From assembly GCF_001194135.2 (NCBI RefSeq), contig NC_068987.1:17236487-17300486 (forward strand): a stretch of 64,000 nucleotides of DNA, read 5' to 3'. The notes under the pieces are model-generated. The model did not search any database. It was not told the DNA's origin and was given only the letters and a program-made list of their open reading frames with translations. The stretch is from Octopus bimaculoides. Its lineage: Eukaryota. The position numbers and the translations under genes were made by a program. Below, piece by piece: positions 27,550-40,244 of this stretch; within the stretch, counting starts at the first letter, position 1, and every line of letters begins with the position of its first letter.

Positions 27550-28064
27550 GTAAACGCACGTATATATGTATGCGTTTGTGTGCCTGTGTTTCTGTATGTG
27601 AATGCAGGCACACATTTAGAAGTGAATCAGTAAGGTTGATCACCTGTTCATGACTACCTGTTCACAAAACGTTACGCTATTGATTCTATTTATCGCTCAA
27701 CGGCGTGGGTTGAATAAATATTTATCACTTACATACATTTGCATATATCTATTGAGTGGATACGTCTACACAATTACATTTCTTTCCTTTGTATCTCTCT
27801 GAATTCTTCTTATAAAGAAATGCTTTGTTTCTTAAGAAACAAAGCATCAGATATNNNNNNNNNNNNNNNNNNNNNNNNNNNNNNNNNNNNNNNNNNNNNN
27901 NNNNNNNNNNNNNNNNNNNNNNNNNNNNNNNNNNNNNNNNNNNNNNNNNNNNNNNNNNNNNNNNNNNNNNNNNNNNNNNNNNNNNNNNNNNNNNNNNNNN
28001 NNNNNNNNNNNNNNNNNNNNNNNNNNNNNNNNNNNNNNNNNNNNNNNNNNNNNNNNNNNNNNNN

Positions 28065-28096
<32 letters not shown>

Positions 28097-28658
28097 CTAT
28101 AAAAAGCAACGTTTTGAATAGTAGAGTACGTACACAAATATGTATATATGTGTTTATGTGTAGATTCTCTCGGATAACGTGTGTTTATTCTTGTATTAAG
28201 TGCTATCATGAAACATAAATAACTATTAATGAAAAGGCATCACGATAATAAAGCCTTCTTCATAGTCATTTTAGTTCTTTCATGAATTGCTCTCTGCGAG
28301 AAGGTTTAGCAATGACATAATCAATACCAGAATGAGTAGCTGCGATGGAGGTGAAGTGTGAGTTTGCATGTTCTGTATTCACCAAAAAACAAACAAACAT
28401 GCACTTACGTCATTGTATATTTTATATTAGACTATAAATAATAAATGTTGTCAATCTCTCGTTACATGGAAAGTATGTATAGTAAATAACCTGATGTAGA
28501 TCTCAACATACGTATGCTTCTGAACGAATCTTTAGACGAGTATAGAGCGGTAATAAGAAAAAAACGATGGCAAAGAACTAAACAATCATCTTATGAACTT
28601 CATTAGCTAATGAAGTTCATATGATAAGCGTTAGTTTTCTTATATATACATACATATA

Positions 28659-29080
28659 GGCGCAGGAGTGGCTGTGTGGTAAGTAGCTTGCTTACCAACC
28701 ACATGGTTCCGGGTTCATTCCCACCGCGTGGCACCTTGGGCAAGTGTCTTCTACTATAGCCTCGGGCCTACCAAAGCCTTGTGAGTGGATTTGGTAGACG
28801 GAAACTGAAAGAAACCCGTCGTATATATGTATATATAGATGTATGTGTGTATGTGTTTGTGTGTATGTGTTTGTGTGTCTGTGTTTGTCCCCCCAACATC
28901 GCTTGACAACCGATGCTGGTGTATTTACGTCCCCTGTAACTTAGCAGTTCGGCTAAAGAGACCGATAGAATAAGTACTAGGCTTACAAAGAATAAGTCCT
29001 GGGGTCGATTTGCTCGACCAAAGGCGGTGCTCCAGCATGGCCGCAGTCAAATGACTGAAACAAGTGAAAGAGTAAAAGAG
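28659..29080 (+). mobile_element. Full-length young SINE family A (octopus tRNA-derived SINE)
   Basis: ggcgcaggagtggctgtgtggtaag (A-box-like), gggttcattccc (B-box-like), caccttgggcaagtgtctt, central (TA/TG) tract, tail ending gaaacaagtgaaagagtaaaagag; possible TSD tatacatacata in microsatellite context. Confidence 0.92.
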
Positions 29081-29338
29081 TATACATACATACACACATA
29101 TGTATACACATACACATATATATGCGTATATATATATATATATGTGTATATATATATATGTATATATATATATATGTGTGTATATATATACATATATACA
29201 TACATATATATACATATATATGTATATTCTACTGAAAACAAGCTTTGTTTGTTTACTTTCATCGTAAGTTGAATTTAACGTTAGCGTCTTATGAAGCTAA
29301 ATTTATAAGTTCTAAAATTGCAGAAGAATTCGTTACTG

Positions 29339-29411
29339 GGCCGCTTAGCTTAATGGTAAAGCACTTGATGCGTAATCACAGGGATCTGAGATCGAGTCTA
29401 ACGGCTGGCCA
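29339..29411 (+). ncRNA. tRNA-like Pol III unit or tRNA pseudogene (anticodon position CGT), cloverleaf partly broken
   Basis: A-box TAGCTTAATGG; perfect D stem GCTT/AAGC; anticodon arm CTTGA-TGCGTAA-TCA(C)AG; B-box GATCGAGTC; T5 at 29420-29424. Acceptor and T stems have mismatches. Confidence 0.65.
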
Positions 29412-29573
29412 GTAACGTATTTTTCTGCAATGTATGGATAATTTATCCTGATCACGCTATTTATTAGCATATATATATATGCTAATAAATATATACATAC
29501 ACACACACATATATGTGTGAATGTATGCAAAGACAGAGACTTACACACACACATATTTATTAAAATAATTCAA

Positions 29574-30242
29574 TCCAATCAGTTGTCTTCCTCCTCGTTT
29601 TCTTGCTACATACTGTCAGTCTGTGTCACTTTTTGGGTGGAGTATCTCATATCTAGTCAGCAAATTCTTTGTCTTTCTGTCTAAGCTGTTTATTTCGTCT
29701 ACTCTCCATGCCATTACCCTTGCTCCATATCTAAAGATTAAACCGCCGAGGTGTTGATAACTTGAATTTTATTCCGTCCGTTTAATTTCGACTTAAGGAT
29801 CAGATTCAGTCTCCGCAAGTACTCCACCTTAAATTTTCTGTCGTTTCTTCTCCATCAATTTATCCATTTTCAATATCCCCAAGTATTTATAGCTTCTCTC
29901 TTCTATCTGCTTCATAACCTCCCCCAACGGTATCTCTAGCCCGTTCATACATTTTTATTTTGCTTCTCTTGAAGACTAACACACCACACTTTTTCAGTGC
30001 GAACTCCATTCTGACATTAGCACTGAAGATATACACCGTATCAAGGAGGGAACTGACTTAGGATTCATCTTTACCATAAACTTTATTGTAAAGATGAATA
30101 ACAAGTGGTTGACTTTTTGTGTACGGCTCTTGAATACATGTCTAACCTTTGCTTTCCTCAGAATCAGTGTTAGTGGTATCATGAACAGTACAAATATCAG
30201 TGGGGACAGGCAGTCCCCTTGGAAGTTGCCTCTCCTGAGAGG
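29574..30242 (-). mobile_element. R4/Dong-clade RT fragment
   Basis: LRRGNFQGDCLSPLIFVLFMIPLTLILRK..KVNHLLF..YGKDES*VSSLLDTVYIFSANVRMEFALKKCGVL..SYKYLGIL..LHPKSDTD*QYVARKRGGRQL; frameshifts and stops. Confidence 0.9.

Positions 30243-30311
<69 letters not shown>
30243..30311. repeat. (TTA)n microsatellite abutting the retrotransposon fragment
   Basis: Directly visible. Confidence 0.95.
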
Positions 30312-30695
30312 GTTATCAAATCTTTCTCACGCAACTTCATCGCTTAANNNNNNNNNNNNNNNNNNNNNNNNNNNNNNNNNNNNNNNNNNNNNNNNNNNNN
30401 NNNNNNNNNNNNNNNNNNNNNNNNNNNNNNNNNNNNNNNNNNNNNNNNNNNNNNNNNNNNNNNNNNNNNNNNNNNNNNNNNNNNNNNNNNNNNNNNNNNN
30501 NNNNNNNNNNNNNNNNNNNNNNNNNNNNNNNNNNNNNNNNNNNNNNNNNNNNNNNNNNNNNNNNNNNNNNNNNNNNNNNNNNNNNNNNNNNNNNNNNNNN
30601 NNNNNNNNNNNNNNNNNNNNNNNNNNNNNNNNNNNNNNNNNNNNNNNNNNNNNNNNNNNNNNNNNNNNNNNNNNNNNNNNTATATATATATATAT

Positions 30696-30731
<36 letters not shown>

Positions 30732-32229
30732 AAAGACAGAGACAGAATGAGTGAGAAAGAAAGATTCGGATACTATCTTACAAGATCCAGTACCCTGTTG
30801 AGGTACCTTTATGGAATATTCCTATAAGATCGATTTGCGATTATCCTCTTTTTCCTTTCTGTTTATTTCTGTCAGTAATTTGCTTTTTTTCCCTCTCATA
30901 TACTGTTTTCATTAAAGGATTTTGAAATCATCTCTCTCTCTCTCTCATTTTTTGCCCTCTTTCTCTTTCTCCTCAACCCTCTCTCTCCCCCAAAATATAA
31001 TACGAGGTCAGAAAGGTTGGAAGAAAGCCAAACAGGATTTAATTAACATATGTTTATGTTCGATTTTAGTTAACAAAGAGAAAATGAAAACAGCACGCAT
31101 CTCCCAACAAAGGAAATACGCGCTGTAACCCTTCCAAAACAAACTCAATAAATTGGCTCGATAGAGAGGATTAAAGTTACTGAAAGTTGAATGAGGATAA
31201 GAAGCATTAAATAAGAACAACAAAGATCTATACACGCATACGTTTTATACTCATGTAACTTCATATATGTATGTGTATGTGTGTGCTTGTGTGTGGACGT
31301 GGATGTGTATACACATATGTGATTCCTTATATATATATCTGTATTTGTATATGCTAACTAGTTTGACTTTGATGGATATATATTCACATATATACATATA
31401 TACACAGAAATCTGTATGTATATGTATACATGCAAGTGTACATATGCACATATGTATGTAAATGTATATATATATATATATATATATATATNNNNNNNNN
31501 NNNNNNNNNNNNNNNNNNNNNNNNNNNNNNNNNNNNNNNNNNNNNNNNNNNNNNNNNNNNNNNNNNNNNNNNNNNNNNNNNNNNNNNNNNGCATATATAT
31601 ACATAAATATATATACATAGTCAGGCACACGACGTACACATACACACACACAGAAGCTCTTATATTTACAAGGAAAGACGACAGTTTCTTCATGCGTTAT
31701 AAAGTTATGTCATTTTATGTGCGTTTCATTAACAATAATATCTGAAGCAGATTCGATTATAAGATCTTCACAGATTGCCTAACACATGTCAATAATGTTT
31801 AGGAGATAATGTGACTACACAACTAAGGAACAAATGCTTTCTTTTTTTTTTTTACATTTGATCTTTATATCTAAGAAGAAACCTTAAATAGAATTGAGAA
31901 TAGTTCTTTTAGCAGTTTTCTTTTTCGATACACAACAATATGAATAGAGTTCTAAATATCGGCTGTATTTAAATTGAGATTTCACTCTTTCACCCCTCTC
32001 ACTTTGCTTCTTTCGATCTGTAACTGTTCTGCCTGTGGGTCTCTTTGTCTGTCTCTCTATATACATGCATATACACATACGTACATTCATACACACACAG
32101 ACATATTTACATGTATGTATGTATGTATTTATATATATATCTGTGTGCGTGTATATATATATATAGAGAGAGAGAGTGAAAGAGAGAGAGAAAGAGAGAG
32201 GGAGAGGGAAGAAAGAGACTACAATGTGA

Positions 32230-33190
32230 ATAAAGTGTGGAGTGCCTCAGGGAACAGTATTGAAGCCGCTGCTCTTCATGGTGGCTCTTTCAGACACGCC
32301 ATCAGTTACAAAGACAGCTACACTTACTAGATATACCAACGACACAAAAGTATTACAAGCTGTCAAAGAACCGTCTGATGCTAATTTTCTACAGATAGAG
32401 CTGGAGGGCATATATAAATTGGCCGAAAAATCAACATGTAATTTAATGCAGGTAAATTCCAACCCTTTGCATCAGGAAATTGGTGCTCAGAATCCGCGAC
32501 AACGATACTTTGGACCAAAAGGAGCAGCGATCCCTGAGTCACGTACAGTACGTGAACTGGGGATTGATATGAGCATCGATGCCTCGTTTCACATGCATGT
32601 CATCAAGATGGTGTCAGCTTGCAGGCGAATAACAGGACGAATTCTGACAACCTTCAGAACAAGGTACCAGGAAGCTATGCTGATTTTATGGAGTGCGTTT
32701 TTACTCAGCCGTCTAGACCAGTGCTTGCAACTGTGATCTCCCTACAATGTCAACTTAGTATCAGAACTTGAGGCAGCTCAGCGGTGTTACACCAGAAAGA
32801 TTGCATCAATTGAACAGCTGAGCTACTGGCAGAAACTCTAAGAGATACGCCTCTGCGCCCTGGATCGAAGACGGGAGAAGTATGCAGTGGTATATGTATG
32901 GAAGTTCTTGGAGGGGCTGGACCCATACTTTTGTATCGACCTCTCAACATCCGAACTGGACGACACTGTACTGTTCCAAAGGTCCAAGCTACCTTGTCTA
33001 GGGCGAGGATCATGTACTGCAATAACTTGGGATTCAAGGACGCAGAGATATGTAACGGCTTCCCAAAACATGTGAGGGATCTTTATGGGGTACGTGTAGA
33101 TGATTTTATGAGGCAACTTGCTATGCAACTTGCTATGCAACTTGCTATGCAAGATCCCAGCGGGACTAATATCAAAGCAGGACACTCATA
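32230..33190 (+). mobile_element. 5'-truncated CR1-group LINE (RT C-terminal half)
   Basis: GVPQGTVLKPLLFMVALSD...TRYTNDTKV...VRELGIDMS.D.SF..H...ITGRILTTFRTR...LSRLDQCLQL*SPY...LEAAQRCYTRKI...LDRRREKYAVVYVWKFLEGL; stops and frameshifts. Confidence 0.9.
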
Positions 33191-33533
33191 AAAAAGGCTG
33201 CAGTGTCGAACTCCCTTCTTTATCAAATTTCTGTCACATAGAGTTAGTCATTGATAGGGTGATTACACTGGTGGTGCTCCAGCATAGCCACAGCCTAAGG
33301 TCTGAAACATATAAAAGGATAAAATAATAAAAGAATATATATATGTATGTATGCATGTATGCACACGTTTGTATGCATACGTATGTATGTATGGAATGAT
33401 ATATGTATATACATGTATACATTCATACATTCATACANNNNNNNNNNNNNNNNNNNNNNNNNNNNNNNNNNNNNNNNNNNNNNNNNNNNNNNNNNNNNNN
33501 NNNNNNNNNNNNNNNNNNNNNNNNNNNNNNNNN

Positions 33534-33601
<68 letters not shown>

Positions 33602-33890
33602 GCATGTATATATATACATATATATACAAATACATATATATATATACATACATATATATATATATATGTATGTATGCATGTATGCACACGTTTGTATGCA
33701 TACGTATGTATGTATGGAATGATATATGTATATACATGTATACATTCATACATTCATACATGAATGTGTTTTTATGCGAATGTGTAAGAGTACGTGTTTG
33801 TGTGTAAGTGTCTGCGTGTTTCTGCTTTTGCGCCTGTGTATTCGTTGTGTGTGAGAGCGTGTATGTGCACGCGCGTTTGTGTATGTAAGA

Positions 33891-33921
<31 letters not shown>

Positions 33922-34179
33922 TGTTTGCGCGTGTTTGTCTGTGTATGTGCGATAATGGACGGTCGTTTCGATATACAATACGTAATTCCCTTAGGAGTAG
34001 TTCTGGCACCAAAGTGAAATGTAATTAGAAATATCGTAATGGAATGACAGGAAATGAAAACCACAAAACAATATGTACAAAACAATAGGTCGACGGTAAC
34101 CACATCCACGCATCATCATCGCTAACTAGCAAGACAGGCATTCTTATTAGTCGTTTTATTATTTCTCTTTAAAAGGATA

Positions 34180-35315
34180 CTGCTGGCAGAATTGTTACCT
34201 CTCCGGACCAAATGCTTAACGGTATTCCTTCCGGCTTTGCGCGATTTTGCTTTCCATCCTTTCGAGGTCGATAAAATGAATATTAGTTGAGTACTGGATT
34301 TCATATAATTGACGAGCCACTTCCATCAAAATTTCAGGCCTTGTGATTATAGCAGAAAGGGTTATTTCTGTTTGGTAAGTTGAATTGTAACTGTGCTCGA
34401 AACTGTACTCGACAAAATGCTTAGCAGCATTTTTCTGGCTAGTTATGTTTTGAGTTTAAAATGCCGCCAAAATGGACTTTGCCTGTTATATTTTCAGGGT
34501 CGTTAATGTAAGTACCAGTTCAACATTGAGATTGGTTACATCGTGTTTTTCCCTCCTCCACAAAATTTCTGGCCTTGTATCAAAAATTGGAACCTTTTCA
34601 AAACATTTTTTCTGTTCCGTTATATTCCTTGACCGATAAACTTTGCAGAAAGTTGTGATTACAGGGAATATCTCGTATATATAATAATCCTTCCTACTGA
34701 AGGCACAAGGCCTTGAAATTTTGGGCGAGGGGACTAGTCGATTACATCGACTCCGGTGTTTCACTGGTACTTAATGTATCGACACAGAAAGGATAAAAAG
34801 CAAAGTCGACCTTGGCCGAATTTGAACTCAGAACGTAACGGTAGACGAAATATCGCTAAGCATTTCGCCCGGGGCGCTATCGATTCTGCCAGATCATCTC
34901 CTTTCTCTAGTAAATAATAGTTTCCAATTGTTGCAGAAGGCCAGCAGTTTTGAAGAGCAGTGAGTAGTCGATACAATTTAACCCGGTACTTAACCTCTAG
35001 TTTAATAACGGAATTTGACCTCAGATCGTAAGGAATCAGAAGAAATAATGCTGGATATTTTGCACGACGCTCTAATGATTCTACCTGTTTGCAATTTTCT
35101 CGTATATTTTATAATTCTTTCTACTGTAGGCACAGAAGCTGAAATTTGTAGAGAGGGAGCGGGTCAATTACACGGACCCCGGTGTTGGACTGGTACTTAC
35201 TTTCTCGACTCCGAGTGGACACAAGGTGAAGTCGGCTTTGACGGAATTCACTAGTGAGTGTAAAAACGGAAGAAAAGCCGCTGAGTTTTCAGCCGGCGTG
35301 CTGGCCAGTCTGCCA
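34180..35315. mobile_element. Cluster of five SINE family B copies: two on + then three on -
   Basis: Units at about 34180-34365 (+), 34405-34590 (+), 34683-34900 (-), 34915-35105 (-) and 35110-35315 (-). Confidence 0.75.
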
Positions 35316-36744
35316 AATAAATTGCTGCCTTTGTGTGTCTGATAATGGAGACGCGATATGGATAAATTACTCAGCATCTGCATCGTCTTGATATGGTGGT
35401 GCAGGTGTTCGAAGACAGACGTTAGACTTCGCATCGCGCGGGGTTAATAGATCAGCCAAATATTCAAGGAATCTAGTATTATCAATGCATTATCGTATCG
35501 ATTACGAAGTAATTAGTTTTGCTCCGATGACGCAGTCGGAGAATCTTTTTCAACGATTTACATTCCGTTTAGCTTCGTTTCACATATTTCAGTATAGAGA
35601 CTTTAAACAAATTTATATAACTTTCTATGAAATTTGGGATGTTCATGTTGCTGTTGTTGTTGTTGCTGTTACTTAAAGCAAGATCAGTCGTGATCAGGCA
35701 GAACTATTATCAGAAGGGTACTTAACATGGTCACGCCATTGTTCTTTACAAATATAACATAAATAAGGAGGGAAAATATAGATAAGTAAATGAGTGGAAA
35801 TTGAACCAGTGAGAATGTTGAATAAGGCACTAAAAGAGAATGACACTCTCCAGATACAATAATATATAAATATCCTTCCAGAAATATATTAAAATTAATT
35901 CTATTCAAAAACAATTTACGACAAGTTGTTGCATACTGACGAATATCAGTAAATTAAGTTTATGCCTTTCCTTGTTATCTTATATAATCATTGGAATTAA
36001 TTTGCAAAATGGAAAGCCCAAACCAGCTCACGCAATACGAATTGATTTATTTTGATTGTACTCTGATCAAGTTAGTTAAATTAATAATATGGTAAATATA
36101 TCATTTGAAGTGTTTATGTACTATCCAATCAGGAAATTTATCACTACAAGTTATATTATTTTATGCAGTGATTGGGAAATCAATTATTATAAGTATGTTT
36201 ATTTCTGTTAGTTTAAAATTGCAACGTAAAATAAATGTCATATAATTTTTAAGCAGAAAATCTGCTTTTGATTAAAATTAATTTAATATATTTGTAATTC
36301 CTTCTTTGAAACCTACTGTCCGCTTCATTTTATCCATGTAAAGTTTGAGAGAGTACAACGATGCCATTTATAATACATCGGTCAATGAAGACGCATTTAC
36401 ATGGCAGCTCGTTCTGCCAGAAATAGTAGACAAGGCTCCCGTCAGTCATAAACGCTGATGATTTAATGAAGGAAAGCAAACATCACGTAATGGAGTTCGA
36501 TGACGATATGTTACCACTGGAGTACCTCTGACGATGACTCTGCTCCGTCCAATTTGACCTGAAGTTAAACAACAATATGAAACAAAACCTATAGTGTCAA
36601 CAACAACTTTGATTCTATGGCGTCGTCTGCTTCGCTGGAAATGGAAACATCACCCTTAACTCTTAGAATATCTCTTAAAAACCGGAAACTCTTATTGAAC
36701 AACACAGTTTGTCATATAAGAATACATTTAGTGGAATCATTTAT

Positions 36745-36950
36745 CTTTTATCTTTTACTTGTTGCAGTCATTGGACTGCGACCACTCAGGGGTACCACCT
36801 TGGAGGGTCTTATTCGAACAAATCGACCGAAGTACTTATGATTTTTTTAAAGCTTGGTACTTATTCTATCCTTATGTTCTGTCGAATCACTTAGAGACAT
36901 GGAGGTAAATAAACCAGCACCAGCAGCCAAGAGGTGTGATCATCACACTT
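36745..36950 (-). mobile_element. SINE family A 3' half
   Basis: cttttacttgttgcagtcattggactgcgacc...cttggtacttattctatc...aaaccagcaccagcagccaag. Confidence 0.75.
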
Positions 36951-37542
36951 TGATTTGTTTCCACAGCGTTTCCGTCATGTATATGTTACATTTACAATTC
37001 ATTGGACAGCCTGGAACTGTAGTAGGAAATACCTTCCCGAGAATTTACGCTTTGGTATTGAACCTGAAACTACTTGATTACGAATCAAGCTTGTTCTCAT
37101 AGTGAAGTCTGGGCTGATAACCCTCTATCTCCGCCTGCGGAGTATAAATTTATGTTGTTGCATATATCTCATGTTAGTTTCATAAGCCATACACTTCCAT
37201 GCTGATTCAGGGCAGTTTGGAATCGGGTACAAATTCTGGATTGGAATTTTCCTCCTCCTAGATTGATTACTTTCATTATGGCTAAGGAGCTCAATCTACC
37301 TTCGCAAAAATCTATTTAAGCCATAGATGGGATCCTAACCACCACTATCATTTGGGATCCAGAACAGACCGTGGGGGTAGTGATAATTAAGGAGTGACTC
37401 CAGAACACCCGAAATGAAGCCTCGCCACCGGGTGCAGGGTAATTCTATACCCGGACCTAAGGATAAATGAACAACTTCTGCCAACATAAATTTATCACGA
37501 CACATTCCTGTAAATGACCCAGCGATAACTGCACAAATGTTT

Positions 37543-37830
37543 ATTTATCATTCCGTTGTGTCTGGGGAGAGCCATTATGCCAATATAATTAACACACGCG
37601 CTGGTTCAATTCCACTCTTTTCTTATTATTAAAATAGTTAAATATCGAACTAACTAATCGATTGTTTAATTTCTTTTGTTTTTGTTTGTCAACGAAGGAG
37701 CTTTGACAAAGATAAAACAAATTAAACTTTAGATTAGTTGAATAATTAACCAAGTGACTGATAATAAAGGAGTGGAATTGAAACAGTGTGTGTGCTAATC
37801 ATATTGTCCCTCTCTAGACACAACAAAATT
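37543..37830. mobile_element. MITE-like element with about 60-bp imperfect terminal inverted repeats
   Basis: gttgtgtctggggagag...aacacacgcgctggttcaattccactc pairs with gagtggaattgaaacagtgtgtgtgct...ctctctagacacaac across an AT-rich spacer. Confidence 0.7.
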
Positions 37831-39390
37831 TGTTTCAACACACGAATTCACATAATAAATCTTGCAAACTAGATATTCCATAACCACTAATGATAATTTA
37901 ATCTTGATCTCGTTAAATTCTTTCACATCTTAACACTTTTTTCTTTCATACTCTTAACCTACGAGCCTAGCAACAAATTCTAACACGCAATAAATTGATC
38001 TTTACGTTAACCAAACCTACCACAGACTAAACTTATTTCCCGTTATACCAGGCGATAATATAAACAATTACGAACATAGTTTCTCGTCGTTAACCGACTA
38101 TAGCTCCTATAAAAAAATAATATATCTTAAAATGAAAACCTGAAACATAGACATTACCAATAATGTGTTTCGGGTGGAATCTATAATATGTAAACACAAG
38201 ATATTTATTGATTCGGAAGAGTAAATCGTTTAATTATCACTGCATGTTGTCTGTAATTACTTTATTAATAATTATCCATGTGTGTAGAAAGACGTTAAAC
38301 CGAATTTTGGTATGTTTATATATAGAATTATTGCAGGTCTAGAAAATGTCTTTATTATTTTATCTTTTAATTACTTTATCAAATTATTAAATTCATTCAT
38401 TTATTTCTGAGTATCTAAATGTGGCTAACACCATGATCTCTATCCCCCACTTACTCTTCTTTACTTTGTATCTCCCTCTCTCTCTCCTTCTCTCTCTCCT
38501 TCTCTCTCTCCTTCTCTCTCTCCTTCTCTCTCTCTCTCTCTCTCTCTCCCTCTCTCTCGTATACACACACACACACACACACATATGGGTATATATAAGT
38601 GCATACATGTATATACATTCACTCACTCTCCACTCTCTCTCTCTCTCTCTCTTTCTCTACCTTTCTCTCTGTATATNNNNNNNNNNNNNNNNNNNNNNNN
38701 NNNNNNNNNNNNNNNNNNNNNNNNNNNNNNNNNNNNNNNNNNNNNNNNNNNNNNNNNNNNNNNNNNNNNNNNNNNNNNNNNNNNNNNNNNNNNNNNNNNN
38801 NNNNNNNNNNNNNNNNNNNNNNNNNNNNNNNNNNNNNNNNNNNNNNNNNNNNNNNNNNNNNNNNNNNNNNNNNNNNNNNNNNNNNNNNNNNNNNNNNNNN
38901 NNNNNNNNNNNNNNNNNNNNNNNNNNNNNNNNNNNNNNNNNNNNNNNNNNNNNNNNNNNNNNNNNNNNNNNNNNNNNNNNNNNNNNNNNNNNNNNNNNNN
39001 NNNNNNNNNNNNNNNNNNNNNNNNNNNNNNNNNNNNNNNNNNNNNNNNNNNNNNNNNNNNNNNNNNNNNNNNNNNNNNNNNNNNNNNNNNNNNNNNNNNN
39101 NNNNNNNNNNNNNNNNNNNNNNNNNNNNNNNNNNNNNNNNNNNNNNNNNNNNNNNNNNNNNNNNNNNNNNNNNNNNNNNNNNNNNNNNNNNNNNNNNNNN
39201 NNNNNNNNNNNNNNNNNNNNNNNNNNNNNNNNNNNNNNNNNNNNNNNNNNNNNNNNNNNNNNNNNNNNNNNNNNNNNNNNNNNNNNNNNNNNNNNNNNNN
39301 NNNNNNNNNNNNNNNNNNNNNNNNNNNNNNNNNNNNNNNNNNATATATATATATTTATTGGCTAAACTGGCAATATGACCATCCCCAAGT

Positions 39391-39431
<41 letters not shown>

Positions 39432-40244
39432 TATTACACCTCACCTTCGAAATTGAAACGCTTAGAGAATTCCATATCCGAAAACTTTAAATCTTGTTCT
39501 ACTTCACTCGTATTAAAGTAGTCGAAAGAATTACATCAAGAACAGAATCAGTAGTCTGGTAATGTCCATACCATAAACGTGGGAGTAAGAGGAACGGCTA
39601 TCGTTCAGTAGACGGAATGACAAAAATAAAACGTTGGTTGTTTATGTGAGACTATAATTGGTATATGACAACAGACATCAATATTGGGCTATAAAGTAAT
39701 AATATTCGTTTGAAGTACGGAAATATTCACTCCAAACAATATATTACGTTCAATATGTATACTATTAGCTTACACTATTATAACTAAACAGTCCCAAATT
39801 ACACTTCCGTAAACTAAGTTGAACGCTGTAATAACTCAAGGCGCTTAGAACTGAATATTCTGTATTGACGTGTTCTCTAAACCTGTTTACAAAATTAACA
39901 AAAAACTCTGTCAACAAAACAATAACATTTCCTGTATCGACTTTAAGAAGACGATGTCTGCAACCTTCACCTAAAACTCGATGAATTTTGTTTTATTATT
40001 GTTATGAAAAATATTTCGCAATTTATTTTTTGTATAATTTTTGTCAATAAATGAGCACCATAAACATAGACTTGTGTATTTTTCTTAGTCTTTCATTTGG
40101 TAATTGTCTAAAAAAAATTACCGTGATGAAAATTTTGGATTTACATTCTTCAGTTTGATTCCCTATTTAACTCTCTTATTTTCTTTTACAACTATTAATG
40201 AGTGACGTTTAGGTAATATCATTTTCTTTTATGCTTTATTTGTT

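Noticed and set aside
29339-29411. Functional tRNA-Thr(CGT) gene
   Set aside because: G at position 33, mismatches in the anticodon, T and acceptor stems, and an extra 3' base make a normal tRNA fold unlikely.
33330-33760. About 100-bp direct duplication on both sides of an N-gap
   Set aside because: It is probably an unmerged contig overlap in low-complexity DNA, though a real tandem repeat cannot be excluded without long reads.
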